Translations under genes and position numbers: made by a program
NCBI GenBank assembly: GCA_022646745.1
Contig: CP060262.1
Span: 4,080,262 to 4,112,261, forward strand
Direction of reading: 5' to 3'
Length of the DNA: 32,000 bases
DNA from: Planctomycetales bacterium
Lineage (GTDB): Bacteria > 4484-113 > JAFGCY01
Notes under the pieces: model-generated
What the model saw: only the letters and a program-made list of their open reading frames with translations
What the model was told of the DNA's origin: nothing
The model's database searches: none
Shown: positions 25,458 through 32,000 of the stretch, one piece after another
Layout: each line of letters opens with the position of its first letter
How positions within the stretch are numbered: position 1 is the stretch's first letter

Positions 25458-26560
25458 GCACGATCAAATCACAGCTCGCCGACTACCGCGAACTGGACGC
25501 CCCGCTTAAGCGCAGCATGCGCCGCTGGTGGAAGGGTACGGGACGGCTGTGGCTGGTCGCTATCGGCGCGTGTGGTTTCCTGTCAATCGCCAGCATTTTC
25601 CTCGTCCGTCAGTTGATCACCGGCAATTCCAGCCTGACAATGTTCTTCCTGTCAGTCGGGGCCTTTGCCAGTTATTGCCTGCCCGCATTGACCCTTGTCG
25701 CCTGCTTCCATACCATGGCCAGCCGCTGCCGCCAGCTGCGCCAGCTCAGCGATGAAGCAGCCCTGCCTGAGAGTGCAGCAATCTGGCAGAGCTGGCTCGT
25801 CGGCTCGCTCGCTTCCTGCTGGCCACTGCTGGCAGCCCAGACTTTGACAATCCTGCTGCGTGACAGCTTCCTCCAGATGTTCATCAATACCCAGCTGTCC
25901 CGCAAGGCGGACCTGCTGCGCATAATCACCGGCGGCCTGGACGAGGGATTGCTGCTGGTCTTCATGGCCCTGCTGGCAGGCACATGGCTGCACACCGGAC
26001 GGCGCTCACGGCTGGATTACCTGTTCCTGGCCTGCCTCTGTGCCGCCTCAATCGCATCCGCGATCGGAGTGCTGTTCTGGCGGATAGGACAACTCGGTGG
26101 CGGCGGTTACTTTGAGGACCTCGACCCCGTGAACCTGGCAACCGGCAGCATCCTGGCAATCGCAGTGCCAGCCTGGGTGCTGCTTTCAAGGAAGTCCGGC
26201 CCCCGTCCGCAGTTCACAATGTCGGTGTTTGCAACGATCCGGCTACTGGAACTGTTTGCGATGTTCACCGCTGGTTCGGCCAGCATCATCTGGGCCAGGC
26301 TGCTGATGCTGGAGGAGATCCTGACTGGCTGGCAGGCGGTGTTCACGCGGATGCCGTTCGGCTACGGTGAACACACATTCCACTACTTCGACCATTCCGA
26401 GGGCGGCACAGCGCTCTTCCTGTTCTGGCAATCAGGACTGGCTGTCAGGACCGGTCCGATCGGCTACATGCTGGCCCTGCTGCTCAACCTCGCCTGGCTG
26501 GCGATCGTGTTCCTGTTCTGCCGCTGGGCGGTGGGCCGGAGTGCGGTGCGGGAGGAGTGA
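25454..26560 (+). CDS. polytopic membrane protein, paralog 4 of 6
   Basis: ATGA overlap with paralog 3. Motifs DYRELDAPLKRSMRRWWKGTGRLWL and the C-terminus LLNLAWLAIVFLFCRWAVGRSAVREE. Confidence 0.85.
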   Translation: MSTIKSQLADYRELDAPLKRSMRRWWKGTGRLWLVAIGACGFLSIASIFLVRQLITGNSSLTMFFLSVGAFASYCLPALTLVACFHTMASRCRQLRQLSDEAALPESAAIWQSWLVGSLASCWPLLAAQTLTILLRDSFLQMFINTQLSRKADLLRIITGGLDEGLLLVFMALLAGTWLHTGRRSRLDYLFLACLCAASIASAIGVLFWRIGQLGGGGYFEDLDPVNLATGSILAIAVPAWVLLSRKSGPRPQFTMSVFATIRLLELFAMFTAGSASIIWARLLMLEEILTGWQAVFTRMPFGYGEHTFHYFDHSEGGTALFLFWQSGLAVRTGPIGYMLALLLNLAWLAIVFLFCRWAVGRSAVREE

Positions 26561-27654
26561 AGGTGTGTAGTTCTGAATCAACCAGAAAAGTGCTGAGTTC
26601 AATTAACAGAGCCACTCACGCTCATATGGCTTTGTGGTGGCAAAGATACGGAATTTACTGGATTACTGCAATTTTGGTCATCTGGTTTATCGATACCGCC
26701 TCCTACCAGCTTGCAGGACGCGGTCATGTATATCCTGACTTGTCTTCGCTAACCTACGATATTTGGCCATTTACGAGGCTTCTGAAGGGGGTTATTCCTG
26801 TTGTTGCCTTCGTCGCTGCTTCCTCTCACAAGTTGAAACTGCTTGAGGATCACATCCTAAACGATGGGATTCCCACCAGCTTTGATGTCAGAAGGCACTC
26901 GTTCAGTATTGTCGTGTATGCCGGCATTCCAATACTGTTGGTTGTCCTTGCGGCAGGATCCATCTCTTGGGCTTACGTCAAAGGCAGATTGACTGGCATG
27001 TCGTTTCCTGACTGGTACTACGCGATCTGCTTATCAATAGAGCAGGTTTCTGCCTCTGCCCTCATTTCGCTGATTGCAGTTGCCATTATGTGCATGACCC
27101 GTTCTAAGTCTAGTCTGGCAGCAATTCTCTTTATCATGATGTTGCACCACCTGAATGAACCATTCGTGAGACTGTCAGATTCCAGAGGAACTTACCTCTA
27201 CAGAATGGAGGACGCTGCCGGACTGTCTCCGTTCCTTTTTACAGTGGGCAGTGTTAGTGCAATCGTCCTGCTGGCAGTTTTCCTGTTGACGATATCATCC
27301 CCAAACTTTAGGCTGAGTACTACGCCACTGGTTGCCATATGCATCATCCGCGGTCTCGAAACCTATTTTGGTTACAGATCGCTTTCGAACCTTGATATGG
27401 TTGTTCCCGACATTGCATTCATGGCAATACTGCGCGGATTCCAGCTGGTGTTCGTAACCGGACCGATGAATGTCGATGTAACTCTCTTTCCTGTTCCGGA
27501 TGAGATTCTCGCCCACCCACCATGGAATCCCTACACGTTTGAGGGAACAGAATGGAATTATCTTTATGCAGTTATTGGCAATCTGGCCTGGGTTGCCTGT
27601 GTGTTCCTCTTCTGCCGCTGGGCGGTGGGCCGCAGTGCGGGACGGGAGGCATAG
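26557..27654 (+). CDS. polytopic membrane protein, paralog 5 of 6 (low-GC member)
   Basis: GTGA overlap with paralog 4; an alternative GTG at 26563 lies 6 nt after GGGAGGAG. Motifs ALWWQRYGIYWI and the C-terminus IGNLAWVACVFLFCRWAVGRSAGREA. The gene body is about 40-47% GC in sampled lines. Confidence 0.8.
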   Translation: MKVCSSESTRKVLSSINRATHAHMALWWQRYGIYWITAILVIWFIDTASYQLAGRGHVYPDLSSLTYDIWPFTRLLKGVIPVVAFVAASSHKLKLLEDHILNDGIPTSFDVRRHSFSIVVYAGIPILLVVLAAGSISWAYVKGRLTGMSFPDWYYAICLSIEQVSASALISLIAVAIMCMTRSKSSLAAILFIMMLHHLNEPFVRLSDSRGTYLYRMEDAAGLSPFLFTVGSVSAIVLLAVFLLTISSPNFRLSTTPLVAICIIRGLETYFGYRSLSNLDMVVPDIAFMAILRGFQLVFVTGPMNVDVTLFPVPDEILAHPPWNPYTFEGTEWNYLYAVIGNLAWVACVFLFCRWAVGRSAGREA

Positions 27655-27658
27655 CTGG

Positions 27659-28765
27659 ATGAGAGGCATATGGCAGACGCAACTTGTTGAGTACCGCGAG
27701 TTTGCTGCACCGCTGAATCACCATTTCCGCCGCTGGTGGACCGGTCCGGGCCGTGCCTGGCTGTATGCCCTGATCGGCGTGCAGGCGGCGGCAATTGTCA
27801 GTCTCTGGCAGGCCTGGGCATTCAATACCGCCAGCCGGTCCGCCACATTGTTCTTCGCATCCTTCATTGCCAGCTCACTGGCACAGCTGTTCACGGTCGT
27901 GCTGGCTTATCTGTCCGGCCTGGCATTCCAGTCCAGCATGAAGGAAATGGCACGGGATGCCGTGCTGCCAGCCGGTTCCGCCGTTGCCAGGCTGATGTTC
28001 TTCGGAGCACTGGTCTGCGCTTCCCCTCCGTTTTACTGCCACCTGCTTTACCTGACCATTCTGCAGATGATCCGCGCCAGTTACACTTCAAGCTTCCTCG
28101 GGAACTCCATCTCGCCGGGCGAGATCCTGCAGTCCCTGTTGTACGAAATCCTGCCCATGCTTGTGATCATCTGCTGCAGCCTGGCTGCCAATGTTCATGC
28201 AAGGGGCCGCAGGCGCTCACTGGCAATCATGGCTGTATATGTCGCGATCACCACCGCCAGCTGGCTGGTGCTCGTGTTCAGGCTGCCAATGCCGTTTGCC
28301 AACATGGATTCCTATTCCAGCTTTGCGCTGTTTCCCTTCATCGGGGTCTGCTTCGCCCTTGCCCTGATTGCCACGCTTGTGCAGGAGTCCGCGGACCGGT
28401 CTCCCGCATCCAGGGCAGCCACTCCGGCCCTGCTGCTGCTCTGTTTGCTTACCCTGTTCCTGATGGTCGTGCGGCAGGAATCCGTTGTCAGCAGGCCGGC
28501 CGGGCTCATCATCAGTGAAATCAGCTATGGATTCTTTGCGAGCATTACTTCAGCGCCCTTCCACTTCAGGCCAGCAGCGGACGCCACATTCTCATTCTCC
28601 GACAGCATAAGCGGCCTTGCACTTGGCTGGATACCCAATACATATTTTCCCGTGACGGCATTCGGTGATGCCCTGGCCAGCATGCTCAACCTCGCCTGGC
28701 TGGCGATCGTGTTCCTGTTCTGCCGCTGGGCTGTGGGCCGGATCAGCTGGCGGGAGGAGGAATGA
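27659..28765 (+). CDS. polytopic membrane protein, paralog 6 of 6
   Basis: The ATG at 27659 lies 4 nt after the paralog 5 stop and 9 nt downstream of GGGAGG. Motifs EYREFAAPLNHHFRRWWTGPGRAWL and the C-terminus MLNLAWLAIVFLFCRWAVGRISWREEE. The track's 27500 start would overlap paralog 5 in another frame. Confidence 0.85.
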   Translation: MRGIWQTQLVEYREFAAPLNHHFRRWWTGPGRAWLYALIGVQAAAIVSLWQAWAFNTASRSATLFFASFIASSLAQLFTVVLAYLSGLAFQSSMKEMARDAVLPAGSAVARLMFFGALVCASPPFYCHLLYLTILQMIRASYTSSFLGNSISPGEILQSLLYEILPMLVIICCSLAANVHARGRRRSLAIMAVYVAITTASWLVLVFRLPMPFANMDSYSSFALFPFIGVCFALALIATLVQESADRSPASRAATPALLLLCLLTLFLMVVRQESVVSRPAGLIISEISYGFFASITSAPFHFRPAADATFSFSDSISGLALGWIPNTYFPVTAFGDALASMLNLAWLAIVFLFCRWAVGRISWREEE

Positions 28766-28767
28766 GC

Positions 28768-28817
28768 GGAGGCCAAGCTGTAAGCTTGGCAAGTGCCAGG
28801 CAAACTGCCTGGCCTCC
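28768..28817 (+). repeat. 50-nt twin-hairpin intergenic element, copy B
   Basis: GGAGG-CCAAGCT-GTA-AGCTTGG-CAAGTG-CCAGGCA-AAC-TGCCTGG-CCTCC. It begins 2 nt after the paralog 6 stop and has the same length, orientation and architecture as 20312-20361. Confidence 0.75.
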
Positions 28818-29200
28818 GGTGTGTAGCTCTAAGAGCTACAGGGCCATGTTGCTCCAAGAGCAACACTCCGACTCACTGGCCGCCGGACATCCCGGGTGGG
28901 GGGATCGCACCGCAGGTGTGATCGCCACCGGGCGGGGATGGCGATCCGGCCGGCGGCTGGGGAGGAGATCAGATCACGGTTGCAGGTGGCAGCAGTCCAA
29001 TGGCGTGGGTGTCGTCGCAGATTGTTCCACTATTCGCATTATTCAGACTATTCTGATTACTCCCGCAAGCGGATGGCTGTCGCCATCCTGGCAAGGCACG
29101 GTGGCCTTACCCTACTACCGCTTAAGAAGGTAGCTCCCGTCCCCCATCCCACTTAGCATTCCATTGTGCGCAAGCAAGTTGCGCACCTCCAGCATTCCTG

Positions 29201-29237
29201 TTCACTGATCACTGTTCACTGTTAAACTGATAAACGG
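29201..29237 (+). repeat. tandem heptamer repeats (T/A)TCACTG upstream of the NifU-like gene
   Basis: TTCACTG ATCACTG TTCACTG TTAAACTG ATAAACGG. They end about 20 nt before the ATG at 29258, with a GGGAGG SD between. Confidence 0.6.
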
Positions 29238-29257
29238 GCTGGGAGGCCCGCAAAGTC

Positions 29258-29632
29258 ATGGAAGAACTGCGTAACAACATGATCAACCTGATGCAGAACC
29301 CGACGCATATGGGCGAGATGGACGAGCCCACCGGGATCGGGCATGTGCAAAGCGAATGTGGCGACTGGGTGCGCATGCAGGTGCGGCTCGCCAGTGACAA
29401 CACCATCGAGCAGACGAAGTTCATTGCCTACGGCTGCGGCAGCGCGATCGCTTCCGCCGAAGCCATCGCCCGCATGAGCGAGGGCCGCAGCATCGACGAT
29501 GCTGAACAGATGACCCAGGAAGAGGTGATCATCGCGCTTGGCGGCCTGCCGGAGCACAAGTCCCACTGCAACGCGATGAGCCACATGTCCTTCATGGAGG
29601 CGCTCAAGTCCTGCCGGGAGCATGCCGGCTGA
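29258..29632 (+). CDS. NifU N-terminal domain / IscU-like Fe-S cluster scaffold protein
   Basis: Three conserved Cys contexts: SECGDWV, AYGCGSAIASAE and HKSHCNAM. 124 aa. Confidence 0.88.
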   Translation: MEELRNNMINLMQNPTHMGEMDEPTGIGHVQSECGDWVRMQVRLASDNTIEQTKFIAYGCGSAIASAEAIARMSEGRSIDDAEQMTQEEVIIALGGLPEHKSHCNAMSHMSFMEALKSCREHAG

Positions 29633-30405
29633 TGGAGTACTGGGAGGACTACGAGGTCATCGAGATCGAGACGCCGGAGCTGTTGAAGCTGCACCTCCCG
29701 CTGGCCGGTTTCGGCCCGCGTGCCCTCGCTTTCATCGTGGACAGCCTGATCATCGCCGTGGTCCAGCTCGTGCTGGGCGGCCTGCTTTTGATGGTCGGGA
29801 TCGGCACGCTGGGCAGCGCGGGAGCCTCCGGCAACACCGGACTGGTGATCGCCTTCGTGCTGATCGCGATCCTGCTGCTCATACTGCTCTACCCGGCCTA
29901 CCACATCATATTTGAGTCGATCTGGAACGGCCAGACCCCTGGCAAGCGCATGACCGGCATCCGCGTCGTGCGCCGCGGTGGCCTGCCGCTGACCCCTCAG
30001 TCGATCTGGATGCGCAACCTGATGCGCCTGGTTGACATGCTGCCCAGCAACCAGTTCACCGGGCTCGTGAGCTTCTTCGTGTCGGCCAGCCAGCAGCGCG
30101 TCGGGGACCTGGTGGCGGACACCGTCGTGGTGCGCGAGTTCCAGCAGCAGCAGCCCGTCAGCTGGGTGCGCAGCTATGGCGGCAACCCGGCGCTGGACAC
30201 GCCGGAGATCGGCACGGTCACCCCTCGCATCGCACTCGCGATCAACAGCTACCTGATGCGCGCGGTGAACTTCGAGCCGGAGCTGCGGCATAACCTGAGC
30301 GGCCGGCTGGTGCGTGCGCTGGGCTACAACGCGGATACGCTCAGCCTCGGGCAGCGCGACTCCTACCTCGCATCGGTGCTGGCCCAGTACCACAGCCGCG
30401 GCTGA
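29632..30405 (+). CDS. RDD family membrane protein
   Basis: GFGPRALAFIVDSLII, two TM helices, and NGQTPGKRMTGIRVVR are typical of the RDD domain. Its start overlaps the NifU-like stop (TGATG). Confidence 0.85.
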   Translation: MEYWEDYEVIEIETPELLKLHLPLAGFGPRALAFIVDSLIIAVVQLVLGGLLLMVGIGTLGSAGASGNTGLVIAFVLIAILLLILLYPAYHIIFESIWNGQTPGKRMTGIRVVRRGGLPLTPQSIWMRNLMRLVDMLPSNQFTGLVSFFVSASQQRVGDLVADTVVVREFQQQQPVSWVRSYGGNPALDTPEIGTVTPRIALAINSYLMRAVNFEPELRHNLSGRLVRALGYNADTLSLGQRDSYLASVLAQYHSRG

Positions 30406-30547
30406 TCGCCTGAAAACGGAACATTTGGGCCGTTTCCCCGTCTATAGACTGTGCGCCGCGCGCAGGCCTGCGTGCATGCGCCACTGCTATGATTGACGGG
30501 TTGGACACTATCACCGGGCCTTGGCCCGGACAGGGTTGGATGCTTCT

Positions 30548-32000
30548 ATGAATGGACAGATTTCCCGCATGCGCAACACGGCCGTGATGCTGGGTATGTG
30601 CGCCCTCTGGGCCTGGCCGGCGATCGGCCACAGCGCCACGGAGGAGAACAGCAAGCGCCTGGAGAACCACTTCTCCTCGCTGGGCACGGTGGAATACTTC
30701 CTGCCCACACCGCTCGGCGGCCCGGAGATGGGTGCGGCGGTGATCCGTGACGGCGGCGGCTTCGAGATGCGGGTGGTGGAGCTGCGCAATGGCCAGCCCG
30801 TCAGCCGCCTGACGGAGCGCATGCCGGAGTACACGGGCAAGCGCCCCTTCACCTTCCTGCTCACCGGGAAGCAGTTTCTCTCCTACCCGACCCGCAGCTG
30901 GACGGACGACAAGGGCCGCGCGCATGAGATCGGCGACCTGAAGATCTACGACATGACCGGCGAAAGCCCGCAGGTGCTGTTTGAGCTGGACAACGTGACC
31001 GACCTGGCCTTCCAGGCCAAGGGCGCGCTGACCGCGAGCAACCTCGTGTGGCAGCCGGCGGACCACTACCTGAACGTGGACGGGCTGTTCCCGGTGAAGT
31101 ACAAGTACTTCATCATCCGCCAGGATGAGACCGGCCAGTACGACATCATGCACCACCTCGAGCTGCTGCCGGACAACGGCCTCGTGGAGAGCGCGCGCTA
31201 CAACAACCGCGCGGTTTACTACTATCAGCTCGATGACCTGACGAACGCCATCGCCGCAATCGGCAAGGCCAACATCATCACCGACCGCGACCAGAGCGTG
31301 ATCCTCAGCAATACCGACCTGCTCAAGAGTGAGCTGGCGGACCTCGAGTTCCAGGCCAGCCACAACCCGAGCAACATCGTGGATGAGGCGCGCATGTACT
31401 ACTGGACCGGGCAGTACCAGTCCGCACTGCGCGTGCTGGAGACCCGCCAGCGCCGGATGAGTGACACCGACTGGGCGATGAGCGGTCTGTGCATGGCGCG
31501 CCTCAAGCGCTGGCCGGAGGCTGACAACATCACCGCCGAACTGAAGCGCCGCGGCGTGCCCTGGCTGGGGGACTACCTCTCGGACCTGATGAAGGTTGCC
31601 GAGATCCAGCAGCTGCCGCGCGTGCTGGAGATCCAGATGCGCGCGATGGAAGCGCTGGACCCGCAGCACCCGGCTCTGGCCGCCGCCAAGGCGCGCATCC
31701 TCGAGGGGGCCGGCAAGATGGATGAGGCCCAGCGCCTGCTGGAGGGCTACCTGGCCCGTCGCCCGAACCGCGATGTGGAGGAGGCGCGCTACGAGCTGTA
31801 CGGCATCTACTTCAACAAGGCTGACCAACTCGGGATGGACCGCCTGCTGGCTGAGCTGAAGCAGGGCCAGCTGACAGACCTGAACTCCTACGTCAACCTG
31901 AAGGACTACCACGACTTCAGCGTGGTGATGGAGGAGCTGGAAGCGGACCAGACTGACTTCATCAAGTCGCCCGACAAGCCGCTGGATGACCTGACCTTGA
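30548..32000 (+). CDS. secreted protein with C-terminal TPR-like helical repeats (3' partial; absent from the supplied ORF track)
   Basis: My manual translation from ATG 30548 to the window end found no stop over 484 codons, and GC3 is strongly biased. There is an in-frame TGA at 30494. Signal peptide MRNTAVMLGMCALWAWPAIGHSA. The C-terminal part has helical repeats (MDEAQRLLEGYLARRPN, EEARYELYGIYF). Confidence 0.8.
   Translation, partial: MNGQISRMRNTAVMLGMCALWAWPAIGHSATEENSKRLENHFSSLGTVEYFLPTPLGGPEMGAAVIRDGGGFEMRVVELRNGQPVSRLTERMPEYTGKRPFTFLLTGKQFLSYPTRSWTDDKGRAHEIGDLKIYDMTGESPQVLFELDNVTDLAFQAKGALTASNLVWQPADHYLNVDGLFPVKYKYFIIRQDETGQYDIMHHLELLPDNGLVESARYNNRAVYYYQLDDLTNAIAAIGKANIITDRDQSVILSNTDLLKSELADLEFQASHNPSNIVDEARMYYWTGQYQSALRVLETRQRRMSDTDWAMSGLCMARLKRWPEADNITAELKRRGVPWLGDYLSDLMKVAEIQQLPRVLEIQMRAMEALDPQHPALAAAKARILEGAGKMDEAQRLLEGYLARRPNRDVEEARYELYGIYFNKADQLGMDRLLAELKQGQLTDLNSYVNLKDYHDFSVVMEELEADQTDFIKSPDKPLDDLTL

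Noticed and set aside
27500-27658. Longer start (27500) for paralog 6 given in the ORF track
   Set aside because: It would overlap 155 nt of paralog 5 in another frame. The ATG at 27659 follows a GGGAGG SD and aligns with the N-termini of the other paralogs (MRGIWQTQLVEYREF...).
20312-28817. Calling the bracketed block a mobile element or genomic island outright
   Set aside because: No integrase, transposase, recombinase or tRNA attachment site is visible in the window. Direct flanking copies of a structured repeat and lower GC are suggestive only, so I reported this as a finding rather than annotating a mobile_element feature.
29060-29130. tRNA-like multi-stem fold (AAGCGG...CCGCTT enclosing two hairpins)
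   Set aside because: It has no T-loop (GTTCRANYC) or D-loop consensus, no 7-bp acceptor stem and the wrong arm geometry. It is not a tRNA.
28762-29133. 123-aa and 86-aa plus-strand ORFs in the spacer after paralog 6
   Set aside because: They are translated straight through palindromic hairpin repeats and a low-complexity HYSHYSDYSDYS stretch. They have no SD and no coding-like third-position bias. I treated the region as noncoding.
30440-30529. Perfect palindromes in the RDD-downstream spacer (GTCTATAGAC 30440-30449, CGCAGGCCTGCG 30461-30472, CCGGGCCTTGGCCCGG 30514-30529)
   Set aside because: These are short GC-rich palindromes, expected fairly often at this base composition. They have no T-run for a terminator and no repetition elsewhere in the window, so I did not assign a function.
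30341-31912. 523-aa minus-strand ORF
   Set aside because: It is antisense to an open, high-GC3 plus-strand frame that has a signal peptide. It also overlaps the RDD gene 3' end, and its composition is shadow-like.

Overview
High-GC (about 62-67% in sampled housekeeping stretches) bacterial chromosomal window, gene-dense and mostly on the + strand. I cannot name the taxon from sequence alone. Left to right: (1) 1-7.8 kb holds hypothetical membrane proteins and housekeeping genes: FmdB zinc ribbon, DUF4126, CCA/poly(A)-polymerase-family nucleotidyltransferase, M50 site-2 protease, ScpA, PfkA. (2) 7.9-13.0 kb is a Firmicute/Thermotoga/spirochaete-style flagellar switch/export block, flbD-fliM-fliY-cheY-fliO(like)-fliP. 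It lacks motAB/fliL and stops before fliQ/fliR. (3) 13.3-16.6 kb (- strand) is a tight Rieske Fe-S / cytochrome b / octaheme HAO-family cytochrome c operon. (4) A 285-bp AT-rich divergent control region contains DnaA-box-like 9-mers. (5) Next come an AMIN/SPOR-like secreted protein, two small hypotheticals and gdhA. (6) 20.4-28.8 kb is the most unusual part. A TPR-TIR protein (- strand) sits back-to-back with six translationally coupled, paralogous ~365-394-aa polytopic membrane proteins of no family I can confidently name. This block has lower GC than its surroundings, and one paralog is strikingly AT-rich. The paralogs share near-identical 3' termini, and the block is bracketed by two same-orientation copies of a 50-nt twin-hairpin element with compensatory stem changes. 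(7) Last are a structure-rich ~490-bp noncoding region, a NifU/IscU-like scaffold, an RDD protein, and a secreted TPR-like protein that runs off the 3' edge and is missing from the supplied ORF track. I recognised no rRNA, tRNA, CRISPR array, transposase or integrase. Many long ORFs in the track are antisense shadows typical of GC-rich DNA.
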